Of a stretch of DNA of 64,000 bases, positions 51,172-64,000 are shown one piece after another. Each line of letters starts with the position of its first letter. Within the stretch, counting starts at the first letter, position 1. The translations under genes were made by a program, and so were the position numbers. Source of the DNA: Antedon mediterranea. Lineage: Eukaryota > Animalia > Echinodermata. The notes beneath the pieces were generated by a model, which was given only the letters and a program-made list of their open reading frames with translations, ran no database searches and had not been told where the DNA came from. The stretch spans positions 429,812 to 493,811 of the forward strand of contig NC_092675.1 of NCBI RefSeq assembly GCF_964355755.1, in the 5' to 3' direction.

Positions 51172-51892
51172 GCACAATTATACGAGGATGCTTCGCATTT
51201 ACCTATCTTATTCTACAATAATTGTTTTTTATAGCTGAAAACCGGTTGAACAGCTCGAGTACAGCATCATAATGTTGAAGACAGGCCGATTTTCTTTACA
51301 AAAAATACTATTTTGATAGATTTAATATACGTTTATACAAATGTATTGATTTTCGATAAATGGAATATTCCAATATAATTATTTGCTTTAACGCGTACCT
51401 CTGTAGGTAAATTCATGGGCCCTTGGGGAATAAACCGAAAACTTTTGTACCCATCCTCTTCCCCATCCCTCAACCCTAATGTTATACAAAACACAAATTG
51501 AGTTAGGAGGTTTATATATTATTCTATTAACTCATTTATTATTATTAATCTATTTTTTTGTTAATGGTGAAATAAATATGTTGGCATAAATATAATATCA
51601 ACTTTATTACAATTACATAGTTTCTGTTTATTGTATAAAAAAAACATACGTTAGGTTTATTTATTATTCTATTAACCCATTTATTATTATTATTATTATT
51701 CAATTTTTTCAAATGGTGAAATGAATATGTTGGCACAAAGTTTGCTTTGCGGTACCCTACACCGCGTATAAAATATCAACGTTTAGCAAAGCGTCTAAAA
51801 TTTGAAGAACCCAAATGACAATGCATGCCGGCACTCCTTCATGTTTAAAATTCTAATAATTTTGCTTTTGAAATTTTCAGTCGTTGTTGACA

Positions 51893-54800
51893 TCAGGGAA
51901 ATTCATCGAGTAAATCCTCAAGAAATCGTGTTTCTGCTTCTTCAAGCAATCTAAAAATATGAAAAAGTAGAATAGATTGTTATCGTATATCTAAATGTTC
52001 TTAATGATTGATAAACGCCTAATATTACGTCAATTAACCCCTCTTTTGAAAAAGATATTCATGTATTTATCCACAATAAGTGTGTGTCTGTAATATTTAA
52101 TGCGTCTTATGTGTCAAAAACATGACTTGGTAGGACAAGTATACTATGAAGCGAATATGTTCGAATAGTCAGGTACTAAGAGAACATCAGCTTACCTATT
52201 GTTTACGATAATCGGTTTAAAAGTGTAATGTACTAAAAGAAGATTTTCTTTCAATAATAAGAGGATAATGAATAAATTTTACTTACTTGGTGTCCTCCAA
52301 AAGCTGGAATTCAATGGGAAAGTGGTCGCTAACATCCTTGGTCTGAAATGAGAATTATTTCAAAATGAGTAAAATGTATATTATAAATGAAGAATGGTCT
52401 AAAATGTGTTATCAAACGTCTATATATTGTAGGATAATCTCATTTTTTGTATTCCAAAAAGTGGACGCTGGTGATCCAAGTTTTACGGATACGCGCCACC
52501 GGATTGAGTGCACATGATCATTAATTAAATGTTTTTTCCTGATGAATTTCCACCAGATCCCGCTTCCAACGTTAAGGTAAATTTTAATATTGTCAGTATA
52601 TTATATTTTGTTGGTCTCACTTGCCATCCAATAAGTATAGTATATTATTACTAAACACTTTAATAGGAAAAACATTTCCTTTCGATCGGTACCAGTTTTA
52701 AGGGTTCTTTTTCATTTCTAAATAAGAATCATTAAAGTGTATGCCTAAGAACATTGGTCTTTAGATGGAAAGATAATTCGAGAGAACTTACCAAATCATA
52801 TTCAAGAGCGTAAATAGCACTAAAATAGAAAATGGTAGCTGAACATGGTTTAATGCTTTTTGCGAGCAGTTCACCAGCTATAACAAATCTGAAAATAAAC
52901 AGAAAACATTTAGAAAATACATGATAACGCACGATGACGTACAAGGCTTTGAATGTTTGTTTTTTCCTTTTTGTATTTTGTGAATCTCTGATAAATTATC
53001 ACGTATTTTATTCGAATGACCGTACTCGAACCCTATGGTTAACATTGCTTGAACGCAACCCGCCAGCTTCGTAAAAGGTATGTATATTAAGTTTTATTGA
53101 CTTTCTAAAATTTATAAAAAGTATTATCATTACTTTAATGTACCATATGATAGTATGTAAGTATTTATATATTTTGTATACATTGTATTTATTTATTTCT
53201 CTATTTATCTATTATAAAAAAATACATTAAGATTTACCTATCGTAAGCGCATTGAGAAGGTGAAACATTTGTATCTGCGTCATCGTCAATAAGCCAAGTA
53301 AATCTTTTGTTCTTTAATCGATTGTCTTTCCAATCTCTGACATACGTACACCCCGCATTCAAGTCACCTGCTATTATAACATCCTATTTAATAATAATGA
53401 TATTGACAATAATATTAGTTTGAAATGATACTTCATAATCAATTCCATAATGATAATATCCATTTATATGTTTTCCTCAGTAGGCCTATTTACAATGTTC
53501 TAAGAAGTAGGCCTATACAATTTTATTGTGTACAATATTCTAACAAATAATTTTTTTCAGTGTGGACAATTGAGACCTGTATTTGGTGCAGTTTATATAT
53601 AGATACTTTAAATAGATAATAGGCCTATATGTGGAAACAATTAAATATTAAGTCATCTTATAAGTTCATCTTGTATCGTTTTACAAAGCTTTTTATTTAA
53701 AGCCCAATAAACACATGTACGTGAACCGACCTCCTGCAAAGGTCTGAATTTATTTATTTTTCTTGATTCGACCCATGAATAAAGATCTTACCTTTAGTCC
53801 CCACTTATTTGTTATATCGTCATAAACATCTGCCAAACTGTCAATTTCGTCAAATGCTTTAGTTGGTTTTGTGTGAACTCCAACCACAGCAAAGTCTTTT
53901 ACAACTAAAAAGAACAAACTGATTTAATTATGCCAAGCAAGATTGTTTTAAACCATGATTATTGTTTTGTTTGCAGTGAGTACGATAATAAACTAACTTT
54001 ACGATAAGAACCAACGCGCGTTTGTGGATATTACGTCATGTCTGGTGACGTCATTTGATTGGATTTAAAAATTGTATTTTTATTAGAAATAGCATAAATG
54101 ATTATTCTAGTTCTAGATTGAAAAGTTTTCTTATTTCTTTTATATTAGAAAAATGTATTTTTATATAAGTTATCGTCGATCGTTATTGTCCTAAAAATAA
54201 ATTTTAAATGTGGATTCTTACTTGTCCAAGGACATTTAAAACGAACTATAAACGGTTCGCGCTCAAATGTATCCACCTGAAGTTCTTCGTCACCGTCGTC
54301 GTATTCGTATGAATCAGTCACCTCAAAATAATAGGACCTGCAATTGATAAATAGAGAAAATGAAATTGGGTTTCTCATTTGACCATCTAGTGAAAAATCG
54401 GCTTTACTGATTATATGAATATTTACACAGTACCGATACAGTGTTGTATAGTAAACAGAAATAGCCTGCTTACTTATAGAAATATGCATATTGTTCTTTG
54501 GATGACGTCCTTCCAACTCTGCTGCTTATTATCATGCTGTATTCATCTGAAGAATAACTGCAGGTTGCAAAAAGATACATTTTAACAAATAGAATATTTT
54601 TTATTATATATACTGTACATTAATAATCAATTAATTCAGTTTGTATACTCTCTTTGTAAGTAATGGTAAACCTGTCTGGCTACTTCAGTTACTTTGCTGC
54701 AAGCTACACATAGTAACTAGACATTAACTCGGATAGTATCTGAATCCATGTGATTGAAATGTAAAAAGGCACAGTAGATATTCTACAGTGGTCTTAATAA

Positions 54801-56140
54801 AGTCAAATGGTTGGAGAAAAACACTAGATTAGTCAAATTTGCTAATATAGTGTTTTTTTTAACATTTTAAATAAAAATGACATGATGAAAAAAGTTTCAT
54901 TCATTTTTGTCCTTGATGATTTAAAAAAATAGTTCGCCATTGCTTCCTTAAGGTCCATTTATACTATGAAACGGGGATTGACGGTAACAGAAATGAATAT
55001 GTATGTTTCTTTCAGAAAACAAAGAAATTAGAAAAGTTTTCATCATATGTAGAACTGTAGGACTTATATTATGCTGTCTTTGATGAAAATAATATATCAA
55101 CACGTCCAGTGACGATACAACGATGTTATTGTTCGTGTTGGTCATGACGTGTCGTCATTTGATTTGGATTTCAAACCATATTATTTTATCAAAGATAACA
55201 TAAATGGTTATAGGCCTAGTTCTAAAATACATTTTGTTTTATGTAAGAGAATGTATGTTTATCTAGTTATCGTCGATCGTTATCGTGCTAGTGTGTAGCA
55301 GCCTTGTTATACAGAAATGTATGGGAATAAAACAATACCTGTTTAATGATTGAATTAGTTCCACAATGGCTGTACCAGATTTGTCACGGATTTCCTGAAT
55401 TAGAACTAAGTCATAACGGTTTAGGATCTATAACATAAAATAATAATATACATTTTAAAAATGTATTATGAACCTAAACATTTTTCAAAAATACTATTTT
55501 ATAAGTGTCCATCGTGATAAGATCAATAATAGGGCCTACAACTCAACATGGAAACATTTTATATAAAAACCTTAGTTTCGTTGTCAACACATGGAATAAC
55601 GGTTACTGTAGCATTTCAAGACTTCAAGATCTGAACGATGCTTATGTAAGGGGAAATCAGTATAATCCAGCATACTTTATATAGTATTCAGTGTGTGTAT
55701 TATACCACATATACACTAGTCTTGATACTATGTACTATAAGCAAGGGCTTATTGTTAGATAATTTGGAATCGGTAGAAAAGTATATACATTGTTGAATCT
55801 TATTTGCTTCCGTATATATTTCAACGCGATCTGAAATGGGTGTGCAAGCGTTTTCTTTGTTCTTTATTGGTATACATTATATTAACAGGGAACTACAAGT
55901 AACCATCATCATTCACGAAAAATAATGTTGTTAAAAGACAACTATAGCTGGTGAACTTAAACCATAATAAACGGGACTTACCTGTACAAGTTGTTCCACT
56001 ACGTCTGGTTTGCCAATTTTTGCTTTTCCAAATAGCTTTATATTAAACGCTCCAATCCTTAGTGATTTAGCAAACGTAATTGTCGTATGGAAGGTAAATA
56101 TTATACCAATCACAAGTAGTATTTTTGTTGACGTTACCAT
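51893..56140 (-). CDS. DNASE1: Deoxyribonuclease I family, secreted; 9 coding exons
   Basis: Exons 55982-56140, 55339-55427, 54474-54557, 54222-54337, 53792-53904, 53238-53383, 52792-52888, 52287-52342 and 51893-51950 splice in frame. Motifs: LRIGAFNIKLFG, IQEIRD, KEQYAY, FEREPF, GVHTKP, GDLNAGC, CAYDR, VSDHFPIE. The symbol is family-level only. Confidence 0.92.
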
Positions 56141-57007
56141 TGTGATAGGCCTAAATTTACTCCACTCGAACAGATACTTTCCACTGTAAGTCCTTCAATC
56201 ATATACGCGCTACCTTTTTATAGACTAATTCCGGGCCAACCCAATGACAATGCATGAATAGATTGTTTTTACCAATGCGAAAGTAAGTACTGGGAGTACA
56301 ATCAAAAGAACCTTTATTATTCAAATGCTTTCACCCATCTCATTAACTTCCGATTTCTTGAAAGAATTTTTACTCTAAAGAATAGCCTAAAAAAATACAG
56401 TTATTGTTTAAATATTCATGGCGAAAACAATAATAGTGTGTGGATAGTTTAGTAAAAGTATACTTTCTTTTAATCAATGCTCATGGTTGATAAATGGCTT
56501 ATATACCTCCATGGTTGATCTCATTCTAGCCTTCCCTGATTACTGCAACCATACCATACCTCCATGCTGCAACAGGATTAGATTGTCAGTTGAAGCGATA
56601 CCATGACCAAAGGAGTGCCACGAGCATAAAGGAACCCACTGTTTCAAAGCAATGATTATTTTTTCATCGTTATCGATATTGGATGTAAATAAATATTTAA
56701 GTTCCAGAAGAAGGTGTTCCTTTAGAAACAACATGTTTAAGCACGTTTTTTTCTTTAAAAAAAAAAATGTTTAAGCACGTTTACACACTCCCTGGTTAAA
56801 GTAATATTTTATTTGGTGAGAACACATTCTTATAGTTATATTATTTCGGACACCTACATTTAGAACGGTCAAATAAGAAGAAAAAACACAACATCAATAG
56901 TATAAACATTTAAAATTATATGTAGGCTACAGTATAAACAACATAAGAGTAAAACAGTAGCGGAAAAATCAGGGAAAAACTAAGTACCATAATAGTGCAC
57001 TATTAAA

Positions 57008-59360
57008 TCAATGCGCCTTAAGAAAGGCAGGAAGAGGTAACGCCTTCATTAATTGAATGAACTGACGATCACTTATCCACGATGGAAGCACTCTCATACA
57101 ATAAATGGGAAAATACGTCATGTACAAACCACCGACGAGGTAGCGATGACGTGGTGTTCTTGATGTTACACTATCAACCATACTATCCACGACTGGTGTT
57201 GCATCTCCGTAGCAATATTCTCGGTCTTTCCTGTAGAAGTCGGATATTCCATCCTGATGTTCTTTTCCATAATCGTCCTTAACATCTTCTTGAACGTTTT
57301 TCCATAACTCTTCAGAAATGCGATCAACATAGTTAAGTCCTATATTAGTTGCCTTTCCGTACTGACCAGGTTCAATGAGACATACCTAATAATATTTTGA
57401 ATATTAGTTTTAATAGTTTTAGAATTAATCAATTTCAATATTCATTTCAATAATATAGCATTTATTGTTCGTACGTATTATACTTCCGTACTTGATATAT
57501 GATTATTTTGCTATCTGCTGCTAAATGTAAAGGATATACCGTATATGCCTACCTTTACGCCCCATGGACTCATCTCGTAGCGTAATGTATCGTTAAAACA
57601 TTCAATAGCGTACTTGGTCATACAGTAGGCACCGTTTCCTGGAATTGTAGACAATCCTGAGATACTTCCAACGTTAACAACACGACCTACACGACCAATT
57701 ATAAAGAAGAAAATATTCTTTAAAATGTCATTATTGTAAACAGGCTGTTTCCGAGAAAGGTATTATTAAACATCTTGAACAATATAACTTCATCTGTCGT
57801 CATCGCATTATTTATCAACCTCATTATCTTTAATTATGAGTATAGGCCTACCTTTGCATCGTCGTATCATTGGTAGAAATGCCTTAGTGACTCTAATCGT
57901 TCCGTATACATTAACTTCAGCAATGCGTTTGATCGTCTCTATTTGTATTATTTCAATTTCTCCGTACGTCCATATACCGGCATTATTTACGATGGCCCAC
58001 AAACCTTGGATTAAACATTATCAGCAAACAATTACTCATGAATAACCATAAACACTTTCATAATGTTATAAAAACATTTCTTTAGATATGATGCGTTAGC
58101 CAAACTCACATTTTTTCAAATGAAAAGAAAAAAGCTCACTGGATCACAGTATCTCCTGGTTTGCATACGTTTTGGCGAGAATAGCAGCACTGTAGGAAGG
58201 GAACTTAGGGACGAAAAAAACATATTCCATCATTGGCTCTTGAGCCTAATGTTGACCAATAGTCGACATTATGTCTATTCGGTCACATAGGATAACAGCA
58301 ACAACTCACCAATATCGTTACGAAATGAATAGGTTATGGAATGGATACGTAAGGAATGAATATGTTAAGAAATGAATATGCTAAGAAATGAATATGCTAA
58401 GAAATGAATATGTTAAGAAATGAATATGCTAAGAAATGAATATGTTAAGAAATGAATATGTTAAGAAATGAATATGTTAAGAAATGAATATGCTAAGAAA
58501 TGAATATGCTAAGAAATGAATATGTTAAGAAATGAATATGCTAAGAAATGAATATGTTAAGAAATGAATATGTTAAGAAATGAATATGCTAAGAAATGAA
58601 TATGCTAAGAAATGAATATGCTAAGAAATGAATATGCTAAGAAATGAATATGAAATGAATATGAAAATGAATGTGTTAAGAAATGGATATGATAGGAAAT
58701 GAAAATGAATATATGTTTACGAAATGATTATTTTATGAAATGTTTTTATGAAATGAATATATATTAGTCATAATAAAAGAAAAAAAACTTACCAACATCT
58801 TGAGGAAGTGACTTCTGTATCGTTTCTTTAGCAGCCAATACAGATTCTTCAGATGTGATATCACATTCAACTATTGTCAGCCGACTCGTTGATGACGTTT
58901 TCAGTAATCTAGCGTGTTTATGCTCTATGCAATTGAATGTAGATTTATTTAGTAAAATATGATTCATGCATTTCAATGTAGCTATAAGAGCGTATTATAT
59001 CCACTGTTGACACTGGGGGTGCAGTTGGCACATTGTAAAAGGCAGAAATCACTAAATGATTAACACGACCGATGCATGCTAGTTGTACTTACCCGGGAAT
59101 AAGCAACCTGCATATACAAGGTAGCCAAGTTGATCTAATCTCAGAGCTAGACTGTGACCAAAGCCTGTATCACAACCCGTTATAAACACTGCCTTGTTGC
59201 TAGGACTGAGCCTTCCTCTCGGTAATGCTTTGGATCCTATGTAAATGCCAATACTTATAAATGAAACTGCTACAATATATTCTGTTAAAATAAAGCAACA
59301 GCATCCTAAAAGTAAGCAGAACACCATAAGTGAAATATAAGTTAAATTTCCAACAGCCAT
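57008..59360 (-). CDS. Short-chain dehydrogenase/reductase, SDR9C-type (RDH/HSD17B2/BDH1-like), copy A
   Basis: Exons 59093-59360, 58793-58924, 57852-58004, 57553-57686 and 57008-57385. Has an N-terminal hydrophobic anchor, [21 protein letters not shown], catalytic YCMTK and IEPG. Confidence 0.9.
58355..58655. repeat. 16-bp minisatellite (AAGAAATGAATATGYT)n in SDR copy A intron 2
   Basis: About 18 tandem copies. Confidence 0.95.
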
Positions 59361-60154
59361 TTGAATACAGAACTTCAGCCCGGTTCTAAAATAGACTTTA
59401 TGTACATAAGTAGGTAAGCGGCCGTTGAGTACAAACGTGATTGATAAATATTAATAATATCATTTATTTTTGTCAATAGGTTGTGCTTACATTTTGATAA
59501 CATTGTATGTTGTGTTGGCCTCTATCAGTGCACACAGCAACAATGATTGAGATGCGGCTAGAACAAGACACAAAGGTGATTTGATATTTAAAAATTATCG
59601 CAATCCGTTGAAGGCAACAATTGATATCGATTATGTCCCTTTGTAGTTTCTAAACTAATTTATTTAGTGGGAATATTCCAGTAAAGCAAATTTACGATGA
59701 TTGAAGACTTTTTAAACAATTTTATTTCCTTTTTATTACTGATTGAAGCTGTAGCTGACTCAACAAGTTTTAACAAGAAATAGGCCTATTTCTTACAAAA
59801 AACGCCTCTCGTCTTTTTGCCGTAACAATTTTAATTATTGTTCTCTCTTCATAAAATGATGCCTTTTTATTGATATTCTATTCAATAATTTTAGAAATAA
59901 TGAGTTATTATCAATTATTTTTGTTTAAAACAATCAGTAGTAAACATTTTAACATAAACATAAATATAGTCTTAAATGAGTCCTTAACTAAACTACTTGC
60001 CTAACGGCGCGGCGCGAAGAACTATAAAGCTTCCGAACGTGTGATGACATTACCGCACTCCTCGAACAATCCCTATGTCGTATGTCTAATGTATCTTTTC
60101 TATTCTTTTAAAATTCTCGATAATTAATAAATTTCAATCAATAATATCAAAATG

Positions 60155-62784
60155 TTATTTATTGATGTAACGTTTGAGGTAGGCTGGTAGAGGTACCATA
60201 TAATTCATTATTCCAATGTATTGATGATCACCTAACCACGATGGAATTAACTCCATCGCATATACTTGTAAATACGTCATGATCAAACCGCCGACGAGGT
60301 AGCGATGACGTGGTGTTCTTGATGTTATACTATCAACCATACTATTCACGACTGGTGTTGCAGCTCCATAGCAATATTCTCGGCCTTTCTTGTAGATGTT
60401 TGTAATTCCGTCTTGATGTTCTTTTCCATAATCTTCCTTAACATCTTCTGGAACGTTTTTCCATATCTCTTCAGATATATTCTCAATATTGTTAATTCCT
60501 ATATTAGTAGATTTTCCGTACTGACCAGGTTCAATGAGGCATACCTATTATTAATAAGTAAAAACAAAAACAAGTCACATTTCAATGATTAGGCCTATAA
60601 TTAGGTTTAACTTCATCACAGTAAGAGCTTGGTTGTGATGCGATATCTGTTCCAATTTTATTAATCTTTGTTCAAACCAGCATACGAACCTTTAAGCTCT
60701 GTCTATACTATCAAACTAGTTTGACAAAAAGTGTGATGTGCCTAAATATGGTGATATGATGTCATTGTGTCCATATACGGGCACATCACATTTTGTTGTA
60801 TTGTATTTAGTTTTTGTTTCGTGTTTTAGTTAAAGTTAAAGTTTTATTTAAATATATATATTTAATACCGTATCTTTGATAGCATTTTAATGAATAAAGG
60901 AATGTTTGAAAACTTATAAGAATGTTACCTTTACGCCCCATGGACTCATTTCGTAGCGTAATGTATCGTTAAAACATTCAATCGCGTACTTGGTCATACA
61001 GTAGGCACCGCCTCCTGGAATTGCAGATATCCGTCCCCCAAGACTCCCGACGTTGACAACACGACCTATAAAATTACATTCTTTTATATTCAGAAATATC
61101 AGTACTGCATCTATATTATCTATTTATATATTTTTTACACTAAGAAAGAGAGTACTGTACATTTCCCTAATCTAACATAGAAAGATCGTATAATTTCAAA
61201 TGTGTACATATTATTTATTTTGTTCAAAATAGCAAACGTAGAGTACATTGTATACAAGTAGTAATACCTTTACATCGTCGTATTATCGGTAGAAATGCCT
61301 TAGTAACTCTAATCGTTCCGTATACATTAACTTCAGCAATGCGTTTGATCGTCTCCATCTGTGTTATCTCAATTTCTCCGTATGTCCATACACCGGCATT
61401 ATTTACAATCGCCCACAAACCTTTAAAAAGTACAATTTGTTTGAAATTTGACTCTTAGATACATTGCAGTATGTTAATTAAGAATGAGAAAGAATGCAAA
61501 AGCCAAAGCTGCGTACCATCTAATTAATTAATTAATTTGAATAAAGATGCACGAACAACCTATCCACCATACGCATACACTCCTACCTTTAAAACAACCT
61601 ATCCACCATACGCATACACTCCTACCTTTAAAACCAGTAAATTATCTATACTACTCAGGCGTATTCACATTATTGTTTTGCTTATTAATATTGGGAAATC
61701 TTTCTAACGTTAAATGATACTATTCGTTCAATGTCAGTGAAGGTGATGTTCTGTTCTTCTACTAGAGCATAAGGTTTTGCTTAATGACAATGACAAACCA
61801 ATAAGGTTCAAGAGAGCACTTACAGAAACCTTTAGGAAGTGACTTTTGTATCGTTTCTTTAGCAGACAACACAGATTCTTCAGATGTGATATCACATGCA
61901 ACTATTGTCAGACGATTAGTAGTTGATGACGTGCTCAGTAATCTTGCGTTTTCACGATCTAAACAAACCCAATAATCTGAGTACGGTATGTTGAGCCGTG
62001 GAATGTGCAAAAAGTCACATTCGTGCAAACAACCATTGTGCAAACATGTTGAACTCAAATGTGCAAACAACCACATTTGTGCAAACATGTCACCTTCAAA
62101 TGTGCAAATCTGCAGAAATGTATAATCCACTAATGTGCAAACATCACGCCATTAGATGTAAAAAGGATCATAATTTGACGTTAAAAATGTTCAAAAGAAA
62201 TTCTACAAAATGTGCATTCAACAGAGTACTTAATGGATACTGTCGTATACTCATTTTAAAGTGCTGCATGCACATGATCTTAGACCTGTATGCATGGTCT
62301 CTGTTAAATATTAAGAGTATATTGGGAAAAAATTGTTCAGTGCTTTAAAAATACTTTAAATACGCCATAAGCCTAGAAATTTGAATTTCTTTCCGGATCA
62401 TGTCCTACTGATACAGTACAGTGCTCCATGCAATCCAGGCTCACGTACCCGTACCTGTTTACAGAATGCAAGGCATTGTCGTTTATGAATAATATTGTAT
62501 GTAGCATTGTACTTACCCGGGAATAAGCAACCTGCATATACAAGGTAGCCAAGTTGATCTAATCTCAGGGCTAGACTGTGACCAAAGCCTGTATCACACC
62601 CCGTTATAAACACTGCCTTGTTGCTAGGACTGAGCCTCCCTCTCGGTAATGCTTTGGATCCTACGTAAATACCAACAATCATCAAAACAATTGCTACAAT
62701 GTATTCTGTTACGATAAAGCAACAGTATCCTAAAATTAAGCAGAACATCATTAATGAAATGTAAGTTGAATTTCCGACAGCCAT
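60155..62784 (-). CDS. Short-chain dehydrogenase/reductase, SDR9C-type, copy B (tandem paralog)
   Basis: Exons 62517-62784, 61824-61958, 61268-61420, 60929-61065 and 60155-60544. Same motifs and intron positions as copy A. Confidence 0.9.
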
Positions 62785-64000
62785 GATTGAATTTCCGACT
62801 TCAGCAAATATCCAGTAGACCCTTATCTACAGACTGTTGAATGTCGTAATACAATACAGCACTGTAAATAAAACATTGTATTGAGTATGCCCCAGAAACT
62901 ACTGTATACGCAAAAAATCTTTGCTATTCACCACAATTAATCAACCTTAAATTGGTTTAAGGGCATTTAAAAACTGAACACCATTCAGTCTTAAATGCTC
63001 TTAAAACCACAATATTTTTACCATATAGTACCATCGTATACTCATCAATAATCATCTGCTTCAATTGTTAATCTGTATGGGTATGTTATGGCATATCTAT
63101 ATACAGTATAAATTTACGTAAGGGTGTAAAATTCGGTAAATCGCGCGTTACTTCTAGAATGTTTACTCGATGGTAGGCCCAATATAAAGTTGATTCGCCT
63201 AAAGACCATGTTTACTAATTAAGTTGAATTAGATAATTAGTTAGACAATTAAAACGGATTTAGGCTCAAAGATTTTGCCCAAATAGGGGTGATTTCCGAT
63301 CCGTGGTATACAATGTCTAATGGAAGTCGATGCTGAAAAATACCCGCAAGTGAGTTGACCAATCACAATTAGTGATAATCATCCAACCTGTTTCTTGTCG
63401 TAGGTGAACTTGTTTGCGTCTACGTGTTTGCGTTACGTCTTCAGTTGGTAGGCCTACAGTACCAAGCTTTTTAGGCGTGTTGTCTATTTAAATAGACGTC
63501 CCTAATTTCGTTGGAAAAAAATTGGAAATGTGTAACGCTTGGCATTTCGTGTCATTTCGTGTTGCGAAAATATGGAATGTTAGTTTTATTTACTACGGTA
63601 CTTTTTGTCTTTCGTTCGCTTGCATATTTTTAGTTAATATTCTCGTTTATAATTATTTTATTTAACGTTATTGACTGATATAAAATAAATATAAATAAAT
63701 AATAATTCTTATATCTCTAAATGTCTCAAAATATCTGGGACATTCTTAACTTACTTTACACGGACGCTATCTCTATCATTAATCCGAAGTGCCTTACTTA
63801 TTTTATACGTTGTGCATATATGCAAAAACAATCCTTTATTAGATTTATGGAAATGAGATAACAACATTTATTACAGGCATATGGTGCATATTCTCATCTA
63901 TACTGCAAATTAATAACAAATAATAAATGCTTATAGAAATAAATTTAAAATAATATTTATTGTTGCGATTTGACGTAGGCAGGTAACGGCAACATCGAAT

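Noticed and set aside
54017-55285. Similar ~150-bp sequences in two DNase I introns (~54030-54190, ~55140-55285)
   Set aside because: Looks like an ordinary decayed dispersed repeat; no evidence of function.

Overview
AT-rich metazoan genomic DNA with GT-AG introns. It is probably an invertebrate deuterostome such as an echinoderm, inferred from the HYR/F-lectin content and the Deu/CORE-type SINEs. All host genes are on the minus strand. (1) A ~50 kb modular cell-surface receptor locus (50742->333) built almost entirely of phase-1 cassette exons: signal peptide, F-type lectin (FTP) domain, 7 HYR, transmembrane exon A, then EGF-EGF-CUB-EGF-EGF, a half HYR, HYR, a paralogous transmembrane exon B and a tyrosine-motif (ITAM/ITIM-like), proline-rich tail. 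No second signal-peptide exon was found, so this may be one gene with two alternative membrane-anchored ends, or two tandem paralogs. (2) An intact 9-coding-exon DNase I-family gene with an acidic C-terminal extension (56140->51893). (3) Two tandem SDR9C-type short-chain dehydrogenases (62784->60155 and 59360->57008). The introns are packed with transposons: CR1/L2-type LINEs (one nearly full length, with a PHD+SGNH ORF1), an RTE, tRNA- and 5S-derived SINEs, Academ-, hAT-, Harbinger- and Merlin-like elements, MITEs and minisatellites. Exon boundaries were read by eye and TE family names come from remembered hallmarks, not from database searches.
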